Assembly: GCA_965202615.1 (NCBI GenBank) | Contig: OZ241837.1 | Location: 136,347 to 200,346 of the forward strand | Length of the DNA stretch: 64,000 bases | Reading direction: 5' to 3' | Origin: Arenicellales bacterium | GTDB lineage: Bacteria; Pseudomonadota; Gammaproteobacteria; Arenicellales; JAJDZL01 | Part shown: piece after piece, positions 19,407 through 27,947 of the stretch | How positions within the stretch are numbered: the stretch's first letter is position 1 | How the letters are laid out: each line of letters starts with the position of its first letter | Translations under genes and position numbers: made by a program | Notes under the pieces: generated by a model | Told to the model about the DNA's origin: nothing | The model's input: only the letters and a program-made list of their open reading frames with translations | Databases searched by the model: none

Positions 19407-20282
19407 CTAGGGGTTGGGCCAGGGTAATCGCCGATAAAAATCAGCCACCCGTTCAAAGCAGTCACCAAAATCCGGCAGATCCGAAATTTCGAGTTCGAGC
19501 GCGTGCCATTCGAAACCAGATCTTTTTTTGATTTCCGGATCGTTGATTGAGTCGGGCGTTGGAGATATGTCCCTAGATTCACATTTTTGAAAGAGTGATT
19601 CGACGATCTCAGCAGGATCTGAACCAGGCACCTGAATCAGAATACCCAGATCATAAACGTCCTGGCGCCGATAGCGATTGCGCTTTTTTTGCTCAAGGAC
19701 TGCGCGATATTTCTCCGCGATCATATCGTTCAGGGAATAAGCCGACAGCGTTTTTCCGTCAGCCAATTCTAAAATCTGAACTTGGCTCGTTATTTCCTTG
19801 AAGCTAATGTCGAGCTGGACGACATTGCTCGCTTGCCCTTCTCTGAGCCTCTCTTCCTGTATCGTGCCGCGGGCTGCATATCCAATTTTTATTTCCAGAG
19901 CGGGAAAATTAGCATTTGGATATAGATTGTGCGGACGCCCTTCTATCGACTGCACTTGTAGGACAAAATCTGCATGGCCAAGTGCTACGGCCATGCGGCG
20001 CAACGCAGGATCCAAAAGATTGCGCAGTTCATCTGCAGTACGATCATCCGGATAATAATCCGATGAAGTTGAAAAATCGATATCGCTGGTCTGGCGATCG
20101 CTGCCATATCTAAGTCCCATCAGTACGCCGCCTTTCATATACAACCGGTCCGCCAGAAACGGTACTATTGCAATGGCGTATAAAATGATTTCAGTCATTT
20201 GACGCTGAATGTAAGTCGTTCGATCCGCCCTAACGCTGTCGATCCATTCAGTTAAATTGACCTTAATGTTTGGTTCAGACAT
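19407..20282 (-). CDS. abiEii: AbiEii/AbiGii-family nucleotidyltransferase toxin (type IV TA / abortive infection)
   Basis: The 291-aa product has the NTase motif KGGVLMGLRYGSDRQTSDIDF. It has an 8-nt overlap with the upstream abiEi gene. Confidence 0.8.
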   Translation of the reverse strand: MSEPNIKVNLTEWIDSVRADRTTYIQRQMTEIILYAIAIVPFLADRLYMKGGVLMGLRYGSDRQTSDIDFSTSSDYYPDDRTADELRNLLDPALRRMAVALGHADFVLQVQSIEGRPHNLYPNANFPALEIKIGYAARGTIQEERLREGQASNVVQLDISFKEITSQVQILELADGKTLSAYSLNDMIAEKYRAVLEQKKRNRYRRQDVYDLGILIQVPGSDPAEIVESLFQKCESRDISPTPDSINDPEIKKRSGFEWHALELEISDLPDFGDCFERVADFYRRLPWPNP

Positions 20283-21156
20283 TGAGCGAAATCATCCACG
20301 TTTCAGAGTAAACCGGCGCGTAGCTCTTGCTAGGATCCAGTGTTCGGCTGCCGCCTCTTTGTGCCAGATTTTTCCAGGACTCAATTCTTTCATCCTTGAT
20401 TTCCAGCCGCTCCTCGAGTAAGTAGCCAGCGCGAATTTTGGCGGGGTCGCTATTGCATGAATCAACGGCCGTTATAATCTCTTCGATCCAGTCTAATGCG
20501 TGTTTGTCATAGATGTCCAGGACATGAGACATGCCTCCGCACTGCCGCGAATGTTGCAGCATGTCGAGAAATGTCTGGCCGATCGTTGCCAGGCGCTCGC
20601 CGGTGCCTGGTATATTGACACATGCTCCTGCCTTTACGCTCTCGGTTACGTGCAGCCGGCGGCCGCGAACCGTCTCGGGATGCCCAATGTAGCGAAGGCG
20701 AACACGTTCAGGTGGCAATGGGCCCGGATCCTCTGCCATGATTTCGGCAAATCGGGCGTTTGCCGTTTCCCTGTCGGGACGGGTGCAGGTAAGAACCCTG
20801 GAAGAGCGGTCGGTCAATCCCCATCTTTGCATAGCTGACAGGTGAGATATGTAGCACAGCGGATCGGCTAGGCAAACGATTTCTTCAGCCGAACGCTCGT
20901 GCGCATCAAGAATACGAATGAGTCGGACACCATAGTCATTGTCACGTCTGATCTGGTTGGCTTTGATTAGGTTTTTGACCACTCTGAGATAGTGATCCAA
21001 CATCGACTGGTCATATCTCAGGTAGAGATTTTGTCCCTCTCGATACATGGCCTCAAGCAAACGGAAAAACCTGTACGGAGTGATCGCGGCCAAATTTGTC
21101 GCTCTTAGAGCAGCGAGAAGATAGTTTTCAGCGCGTGTAAGCTTTTGATTTTGCAT
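20275..21156 (-). CDS. abiEi: AbiEi-family antitoxin / transcriptional regulator
   Basis: The 293-aa product has a central CYISHLSAMQRWGLT block typical of AbiEi/COG5340 proteins. It lies directly upstream of, and overlaps, the NTase gene. Confidence 0.7.
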   Translation of the reverse strand: MQNQKLTRAENYLLAALRATNLAAITPYRFFRLLEAMYREGQNLYLRYDQSMLDHYLRVVKNLIKANQIRRDNDYGVRLIRILDAHERSAEEIVCLADPLCYISHLSAMQRWGLTDRSSRVLTCTRPDRETANARFAEIMAEDPGPLPPERVRLRYIGHPETVRGRRLHVTESVKAGACVNIPGTGERLATIGQTFLDMLQHSRQCGGMSHVLDIYDKHALDWIEEIITAVDSCNSDPAKIRAGYLLEERLEIKDERIESWKNLAQRGGSRTLDPSKSYAPVYSETWMISLNV

Positions 21157-21405
21157 TGGAAATACTTAAGAGATTGGCCATAATACTGTATAAACGTCCT
21201 AAGGACGTTTATACAGTATTATGGCAAGTAAGTCAAGCACAAAAATTAGTAGTGTCAGTGGATAGTTGAATCAAGCACAGCTGGCTGGCTCGACCCCACG
21301 TCGAGCGTCCGAGACAGCCCCGCAAACATCAAAGTTTGCGGTCAGGGGCGGGAACCCGGATGGTTCTATCTAGGCGAGGGTTCGCACCAGGCAGAGCGAT
21401 GGGAC
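20839..21405 (-). repeat. right arm of the ~0.6-kb inverted repeat (includes the functional abiEi 5' end, promoter and palindrome)
   Basis: This arm is the reverse-complement partner of 18220-18828. Confidence 0.8.
21177..21236 (-). promoter_or_regulatory. abiEi promoter (TTGACT-17 nt-TATAAA) overlapping a perfect 49-bp palindrome (candidate AbiEi operator)
   Basis: On the minus strand the -35 element is at 21236-21231 and the -10 element at 21213-21208. The palindrome GCCATAATACTGTATAAACGTCCT-A-AGGACGTTTATACAGTATTATGGC spans 21177-21225. The ATG at 21156 lies 20 nt further on. Confidence 0.65.
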
Positions 21406-21749
21406 CCGCATGAGCACTTCGGGGTGGACCGAAATGGCTGTAGGTTACGGTTTAAATATCCCAGAAGTTACGGAGTAATTTCCCACTTTTGGGTTAGCCG
21501 GTGATCAGCCGCGATTATAGAACAGACCCTCCTTTTTTGATTTTGGTGGTCGTCCGCGTCTTTTTTTCGGTAATTCGATGTCGCTATTGACCCAAATTTG
21601 TAAATAATCCAAGTACATTGTTAAATGACGCTCAATATTTCTAAGTAATTCAAATGCTTTAAAATTAGAAATTCAATATTGTTTCAAGTTGAAAACTAGT
21701 GTTTCATTGATATTGCAAATTGAACTAATTCGATCGCCAATCACGGATT

Positions 21750-22748
21750 ATGCAAGTCCTTGACTTATCTCACGAGTGTAGCGCTCAACGTTTAAACCAA
21801 CAGGTTAACGGTGCGTTTGCCTGGACAAAAGATGACATCAATCCATATGACTGTCTTATTGAAGTCAGCGAGGTTGTGCACGAAGAATTCATGCACATGG
21901 CTGATGTCATCGAAGCCAACCCTTTGCCTACGGTACTGAGACAACCGGATCAGTTTGAAATCCCGCATACGCTGGAACTAATGGCAGAGGTGAAACACCG
22001 ACTGAACGAGTCGCCCGGTGTTGTTGTACTCGACAGTCTGCCGCTCGACGAGATGACCAATGAACAAGCGATTGATATCTTTTGGACGATCGGACAGGTC
22101 ATCGGTCAGAACGTGGCCCAGAAATGGGAAGGTACCATGGTTTACCACGTACGCGATACCGGCGCCAAATATGAGTATGGCGTTCGCGGGTCGTACACCA
22201 GCGTTGAGCTCCAGTTTCACAACGACAATGCTTTCGGGATTGTCTTGCCTCACTACGTGGGTCTTATGTGTTTCAGGCCTTCGCTGGAAGGTGGATTGAG
22301 TCGCTTTTGCAGTCTTTACACGATTCATAATCGACTGCTTGAAAAATTCCCGGCCCAGCTTGAGCGCCTGTACCGTCCCGTTTTTTGGGACCGACAGGCT
22401 GAGCACGCCGAAGGGCAGCCAATCGTGGCGCAAGCTCCGGTCTTTCGATATGAAGACGGACGTTTGTGGACTCGGGCAAATCCGAGCCTGATCATGAAAG
22501 GGTACGACGTGGCGCAAACTCCCATTGACAGCGAAACGGAAGACGCGGTTCTAGCGCTCAAGGAAGTTTCCGAAGACCCTTCGCTGTGGTTTGAACTGCC
22601 AATTGAGAGAGGGCACCTCCAATACATCAACAATATTGATATCGCTCACTATCGAAGCGAATTCATTGATCACCCTGATGCCGATCAGAAACGCCATCTT
22701 GTCCGCTCATGGCATCGCGATGACGGCGCGGTTACCTACGACGGGTGA
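21750..22748 (+). CDS. TauD/TfdA-family Fe(II)/2-oxoglutarate dioxygenase
   Basis: The 332-aa product has the HxD iron motif (FHNDNAF) and a distal His. Length and motif order match the TauD / gamma-butyrobetaine-hydroxylase-like family. Confidence 0.75.
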   Translation: MQVLDLSHECSAQRLNQQVNGAFAWTKDDINPYDCLIEVSEVVHEEFMHMADVIEANPLPTVLRQPDQFEIPHTLELMAEVKHRLNESPGVVVLDSLPLDEMTNEQAIDIFWTIGQVIGQNVAQKWEGTMVYHVRDTGAKYEYGVRGSYTSVELQFHNDNAFGIVLPHYVGLMCFRPSLEGGLSRFCSLYTIHNRLLEKFPAQLERLYRPVFWDRQAEHAEGQPIVAQAPVFRYEDGRLWTRANPSLIMKGYDVAQTPIDSETEDAVLALKEVSEDPSLWFELPIERGHLQYINNIDIAHYRSEFIDHPDADQKRHLVRSWHRDDGAVTYDG

Positions 22749-22814
22749 GCTGTCACTGGACTTGCTGGTGTATTCCGTTATCGAGCGAATTCAATTCTTT
22801 CGTAGTGACCGAAC

Positions 22815-23561
22815 ATGACCAAACTAAGCATTAACCTCAACAAAATTGCGCTGCTCAGAAACGCCAGAGGAATGGATTTCCCGAAGGTCTTGGATTTTGC
22901 CGAACTCTGTGTGAAATACGGCACTCACGGCATCACCGTGCACCCCCGACCCGATCAGCGACACGCAACTTACCGGGACGTATTCGAACTCGCGGAGTTC
23001 TGTCAGGATCACCCTGATGTTGAGTTTAACGTCGAAGGCTACCCGACTGATGATTTTCTGGACGTCGTTAAATCGGCCAAACCCGATCAATGCACGCTGG
23101 TACCTGATGCACCGGACCAGATCACGTCAGATCACGGATGGAACACAATAACCGAGTGTGAAAATCTGATCCCGATTCTTGCCGACCTGAGAGAGCACGA
23201 CATCCGGACCAGCATCTTTTTAGACCCCGATACCGGATTGATTCCGTCTGCGGCCAAGACCGGCGCAGACAGAATCGAACTCTATACCGAAGAGTATGCA
23301 CGGACTTACGGAACGGATCAAAATGAGGCTGTTTTCAACCAATACCAGGAAACGACTGAACTGGCCCAAGAATTTGAACTCGGTGTCAACGCGGGGCACG
23401 ACCTGAACCAGACAAACCTGGCCAAGTTTCTAACCATCCCGGGAATTTTGGAAGTCTCGATCGGACATGCACTGACGATCGAAGCTTTGCTGGAAGGCTT
23501 TGAGCCGACCGTACGATCGTACGTCTCAATTGTCGAAAGAACCGGTACCACTACCCCATGA
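22815..23561 (+). CDS. pdxJ: pyridoxine 5'-phosphate synthase
   Basis: The 248-aa product has the N-terminal motif LSINLNKIALLRNARG...THGITVHPRPDQRH characteristic of PdxJ. Confidence 0.85.
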   Translation: MTKLSINLNKIALLRNARGMDFPKVLDFAELCVKYGTHGITVHPRPDQRHATYRDVFELAEFCQDHPDVEFNVEGYPTDDFLDVVKSAKPDQCTLVPDAPDQITSDHGWNTITECENLIPILADLREHDIRTSIFLDPDTGLIPSAAKTGADRIELYTEEYARTYGTDQNEAVFNQYQETTELAQEFELGVNAGHDLNQTNLAKFLTIPGILEVSIGHALTIEALLEGFEPTVRSYVSIVERTGTTTP

Positions 23562-24399
23562 AGGCGAAAACGTTCTGAGTTTGTTCGCCAAGCCCCTCAA
23601 CACCCAGCTTCATTTGATTGCCGGGCTGAAGAAAAACCGGTGGGCGAAGTCCAAAGCCGACGCCTGAAGGGGTACCGGTCAATATTAAATCTCCCGGCAT
23701 CAATGTCATGAATCGACTGACGTAGCTGATCAGGTGCTTCACCCCGAAGATCATGTCATCGGTTGACCCATCCTGGTATCGTTTTCCATCGACGTCCAGC
23801 CACAATCGCAAATTCTGTGGATCTGGAACCTCATCGCGCGTCACAAGATAAGGACCAAGCGGGCAAAACGTATCCGCACTCTTCCCCTTGACCCACTGAC
23901 CCGACCTTTCAATCTGAAACTCGCGCTCTGAAACATCATTGGCAACACAATAACCCGCAACATAATCCAGCGCATCTTCTTCATAGACATACCGTGCAAC
24001 GCTTCCAATTGCAACGGCAAGCTCCACTTCCCAGTCCGTTTTTATGCTGTCCCTCGGTATCATCACGCCATCATTCGGACCAACAATGGATGTTGTCGCT
24101 TTCATGAATATGATCGGCTCTTGTGGGATTTTTGCCCCTGCCTCTTGTGCGTGCAAACGGTAATTGAGGCCAATGCATACCAGTTTTCCAATTCCCGCCA
24201 CCGGCGCACCCAACCTTGGTGAGCCTTCGACTGCACTCATACTGTCAATATCCAGGTTGGCAAGTCTTTCCAAACTGGCTGGTGCCAGTGTCAAACCGTC
24301 AATATCTGGCACATGGTTCGACAGGTCTCGAATATTCCCGTCCCGGTCCAGAATGCCTGGTTTCTCGTGGCCAGTCATGCCATAACGCACTAGTTTCAT
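23551..24399 (-). CDS. fumarylacetoacetate hydrolase (FAH) family protein
   Basis: The start is trimmed to ATG 24399 (MKLVRYG...), which is preceded by AAGGAG. The product has an FAH-type C-terminal domain (GDLILTGTPSGVG). Confidence 0.85.
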   Translation of the reverse strand: MKLVRYGMTGHEKPGILDRDGNIRDLSNHVPDIDGLTLAPASLERLANLDIDSMSAVEGSPRLGAPVAGIGKLVCIGLNYRLHAQEAGAKIPQEPIIFMKATTSIVGPNDGVMIPRDSIKTDWEVELAVAIGSVARYVYEEDALDYVAGYCVANDVSEREFQIERSGQWVKGKSADTFCPLGPYLVTRDEVPDPQNLRLWLDVDGKRYQDGSTDDMIFGVKHLISYVSRFMTLMPGDLILTGTPSGVGFGLRPPVFLQPGNQMKLGVEGLGEQTQNVFAFMG

Positions 24400-24706
24400 A
24401 TTTGACTCCTTGGGTGGTTCTCCAGCGGGTAAGAAAGTGAGTATTATGTGTTTAGAATGACATGGATTTGAAAATATCAAAGTTTTTGAGATCGAACATA
24501 ACGCAAAGGAATGCACTGAATCGATCAAATCGCCGACATTCACAAAAGAATCGCTTATGGCAATTTACCAGCTTTCAACCTCGCTGAAAAACGTGCCAAT
24601 CTGAAAAACCCGAACCAAAATACTTCCAATGAATCGAAGAATTTGGGCTAATATTTCACCTGTCAAACCAAATCCCTTAATTTGACACGACTCAAGGTAT
24701 GTTCTG

Positions 24707-25264
24707 ATGAATGTTCTGATCACCGGGCTGACTCTATTTGTCGGCCTGCATCTAATTCCCAGCGTTCCGCCGTTGCGTACGGCACTGATTGCAAGCCTCG
24801 GTGAGAAAAAATATCGAGCGATATTCGCAGCGGCTTCATTCGTCGGCTTGGCGCTGATCATTTGGGGTTTTTCCAGGGCTGAATTTCAGCCTGTCTATCA
24901 GCCTTTGATCTGGGGGCGTTCGCTGGCGTTTGGATTGGTGCCTATCGCAGTGATTCTCTTCGCGGCAGCAAACATGCCAACACACATCCGGGCATTTGTA
25001 CACCACCCCATGCTGGCAGGATTATTTTTGTGGGCACTCGCGCACCTTACAGCAAACGGCGATTTACGGTCGATTGTGCTGTTTGGGACGTTAGGCGCTT
25101 TTTCTGTAGTTGCAACCGCAAGCGCTGTCTTGCGAGGCAAACAGCCCTCCCAGGACAAGGCTCCCCGGTGGGCGATGGATGTCGCGGCAATCGTGTCCGG
25201 GGTTGTTGTCGCCGGGTTGCTTGCGAAATTTCACGGCACATTGTTTGGAATGCCACTGATGTAA
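24707..25264 (+). CDS. NnrU-family membrane protein
   Basis: The 185-aa multi-TM product has an NnrU-like N-terminus, MNVLITGLTLFVGLHLIPS. Confidence 0.7.
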   Translation: MNVLITGLTLFVGLHLIPSVPPLRTALIASLGEKKYRAIFAAASFVGLALIIWGFSRAEFQPVYQPLIWGRSLAFGLVPIAVILFAAANMPTHIRAFVHHPMLAGLFLWALAHLTANGDLRSIVLFGTLGAFSVVATASAVLRGKQPSQDKAPRWAMDVAAIVSGVVVAGLLAKFHGTLFGMPLM

Positions 25265-25358
25265 ATTCAATCGCGTAAACTCTTCTTGACTGCGCGGGTT
25301 TTTGTCCGAGAAATTCCGAAATCAAGAATATCGATTGAACTTGACCGTGGTTCGCGAA

Positions 25359-27671
25359 TCAGGCCGATTTTCGAATCAAACGCCAGAGACTCTCTGACGT
25401 CGCCGGCATTTGAATGTCCGTGATTCCCAGTGGTCGCAGCGCGTCAGTGATCGCATTCATGATTGCTGCAGGCGACCCGGTTATCCCCAACTCCCCGACA
25501 CCTTTTGCGCCGAGCGGGTTTTCGTCCGTTTCGACTGGGTTCCAATAGGTTTCAAACATTGGCAGGTCATCTGCCCGCGGCAAAGTGTAATCCATAAAAC
25601 TTCCACTGATCAGTTGTCCGGTCAGATTGTCGTATTGTGCCTTTTCCAACACCGCGTGTCCGATTCCATGCGCAATTGCGCCGTGTACCTGACCCTCGAC
25701 AACCATTGGATTGTAAATTTTGCCAGGATCACTAACCGTCAAGAGTCGAGCGATTCTAACCTCGCCGGTTTCGGCATCGATCTCCACTTCGCACGCCTGG
25801 CATCCACTGGCAAACATATGTCCCTGGGTGACATGCTCATGTGCGGCAATCAGCTCGTCTGCGGAATCTTTCCTGATTAGTTTCGCGACATCGAACAACC
25901 CGATTTGCTTGTCTGTCCCAGAGACGCTAAATACACCTGAATCGTATTCGAGATCGTTTGGTGAGACTTCCAGGTGATCCGCCGCGAATTCACTTGCTTT
26001 TTTGAGCACTTTCTCCGCACTGAAGTGAATTGCTGAACCACCGATACGAAGCGACCGCGACGCGTGCGTTCCATTGCCCTTTTGTACGCGATCGGTGTCG
26101 CCGTCAACAAACCGGATTCGTTCCATCGGGACTTGCAAGCGGCTTGCCACCAATTGTGCAAAGACAGTTTCGTGTCCAACGCCAATTGATTTAGTACCGA
26201 CTCTCAACTCGACAAATTCTCCATCGACCGAAATCTCCGCAAACTCACTCGGTGTGCCGCCGACGCTGTCGACATAGGTCGCGAATCCCAATCCGCGGTA
26301 CACCCCGTCTTGTGCTGACGCCTCTCGTCGCTGCTCATATGCCATCCAGTCAATGTGCTCAAGCAGCATTTGAAAGTTTGCCGGAAAGTCGCCTGCAGAA
26401 TACTGTGCCCCACTCGATGCAGTCCAGGGCATCTCGTGTGGCTGGATCGTATTCATGTTTCGGAACGTTATCGGATCAATCCCGATTTCATGGGCAGCTT
26501 TGTCCACCACCCGTTCCAGCGCATAGCAGGCTTCAGCACGGGCAACGCCACGAAAAGCGCCAATGTTTGCCGTATTGGTAAACACTCCCTTCATCTGGCA
26601 GTAGCTGACCGGAATCCGATACAACCCGCATCTGACGAGCTGCAGGTACAACGCATAAAGCCAGACACTTCGAGGGTTGAGATAGGCGCCGAGGCGCCAA
26701 ATGCTCGATAGACGAAGCGCAGTCATTGTGCCGAGCTCATCGACTGCGAGTTCAACAGTCGGCTGATGGTCCCGCGATTGCGAGTCAGTCAGGAAGCTCT
26801 CGGACCGGTCCAACGTACATCGCACGACTGATCCGGTTTGCTGTGCGAGCCATGCAACGACGGCAAACTCCGGATAGGGTGTCGCCCGGGCGCCAAAACC
26901 ACCGCCGGTGTCCGGTGAAATGACCCTGACCTGGTCGGCCGGCACATTGAGAATTTCGGCAATGCCGACCTGGTGCCAGTGGGCGGCCTGGCTGCCGCAC
27001 GTGAGTTCATACCGTTCAGTGTCTTCGTCGTAGCGTGCGATCACCGCGCGCGGCTCCATAAATGCCACGATGTGCCTTGGATACTCCAGGGTGATCGACA
27101 CGACTTTGTGTGCTTCGGCAAATGCCGCGTCAACTGCAGACGCGTCACCGTCTTCGCAATCCACACACACATTGCTGTCAAGTTCTTCCCAAACAAGCGC
27201 CGACTCCGGCGACTGCGCGAGATCAACATCGACAACCGCCTCTATCGGCTCATAGTCAACCGAAACTGACTCCGCAGCATCACGCGCCGCCTCAACACTG
27301 TCGGCGACCACCACGGCAACCGCTTCACCAACCACACGCACTTTGCCTCGGGCAAGCGGCCATCGACGGACATCGGGAAGCGCACTGCCATCTTTGTTGC
27401 AAATCGGATATCTCGGGTCTCGCGTCAGGGAATCGACAGCTTGCAGACCGGCCTTGACCAATGTCTCGCCGTTTGCAACGAACCTGACGCCCGGCATTCG
27501 TGTCGCAATTGAAGCATCAACCGAATGGATGCGGGCATGAGCATACGGGCTTCGAACGAAACATGCAAACAATTCACCGTCGAAACGCAGATCATCCGTA
27601 AAGGTGCCTTCACCGGTCAGCAACCGCTCGTCCTCAACCCGCTTTATCGATTTGCCGATCAAGTCAGTCAT
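25359..27671 (-). CDS. xanthine dehydrogenase/aldehyde oxidase/CoxL-family molybdopterin-binding subunit (no adjacent Fe-S or FAD subunits)
   Basis: The product is about 770 aa and starts MTDLIGKSIKRVEDERLLTGEGTFTDD, a typical CoxL/XDH-family N-terminus. ATG 27671 is preferred over the track's GTG at 27680. Confidence 0.85.
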   Translation of the reverse strand: MTDLIGKSIKRVEDERLLTGEGTFTDDLRFDGELFACFVRSPYAHARIHSVDASIATRMPGVRFVANGETLVKAGLQAVDSLTRDPRYPICNKDGSALPDVRRWPLARGKVRVVGEAVAVVVADSVEAARDAAESVSVDYEPIEAVVDVDLAQSPESALVWEELDSNVCVDCEDGDASAVDAAFAEAHKVVSITLEYPRHIVAFMEPRAVIARYDEDTERYELTCGSQAAHWHQVGIAEILNVPADQVRVISPDTGGGFGARATPYPEFAVVAWLAQQTGSVVRCTLDRSESFLTDSQSRDHQPTVELAVDELGTMTALRLSSIWRLGAYLNPRSVWLYALYLQLVRCGLYRIPVSYCQMKGVFTNTANIGAFRGVARAEACYALERVVDKAAHEIGIDPITFRNMNTIQPHEMPWTASSGAQYSAGDFPANFQMLLEHIDWMAYEQRREASAQDGVYRGLGFATYVDSVGGTPSEFAEISVDGEFVELRVGTKSIGVGHETVFAQLVASRLQVPMERIRFVDGDTDRVQKGNGTHASRSLRIGGSAIHFSAEKVLKKASEFAADHLEVSPNDLEYDSGVFSVSGTDKQIGLFDVAKLIRKDSADELIAAHEHVTQGHMFASGCQACEVEIDAETGEVRIARLLTVSDPGKIYNPMVVEGQVHGAIAHGIGHAVLEKAQYDNLTGQLISGSFMDYTLPRADDLPMFETYWNPVETDENPLGAKGVGELGITGSPAAIMNAITDALRPLGITDIQMPATSESLWRLIRKSA

Positions 27672-27947
27672 TTCGCTCACTCGACTTTTTGGGAAACAGC
27701 ACTTGGTGGTGATCGGACTGGGGCTCCAGCGCGCTCGAGCTCAAGTGTCCGCAGATGAACCGGGCATTTGTGATTAATCCGACATGGGTTTTTCGCAATG
27801 CAGTTGGCATAATAAAGGGTCTATTCTTTACAAACGGTATGAAGCATCCGATACGCTGCGATGCAAACCGCTTGAAATTTTTCAATTACACACTAACTAT
27901 ATTTGCCAAATACTATAAACCACTAATTTGAAGACTGGAGTAGCCGG

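Noticed and set aside
24400-24543. A 48-codon N-terminal extension of the FAH-family ORF in the track
   Set aside because: The internal ATG at 24399 has a consensus AAGGAG and starts the conserved MKLVRYG N-terminus. The extension has no homology-like features.
25410-27758. Many 60-160-aa ORFs antisense to or out of frame with the 770-aa MoCo subunit gene. The same occurs inside xdhA, tctA, htpG, DUF3604, the amidase and the ABC genes.
   Set aside because: These are shadow ORFs inside long genes that are well supported on the other strand or frame. Their products are Arg/Pro/Ser-rich and low in complexity, with no motifs.
27871-27902. A sigma32 heat-shock promoter upstream of htpG (CTTGAAA at 27871-27877)
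   Set aside because: The -35-like CTTGAAA is good, but no convincing CCCCATNT -10 element lies at the proper spacing (only CTAACTAT). The evidence is too weak to annotate.
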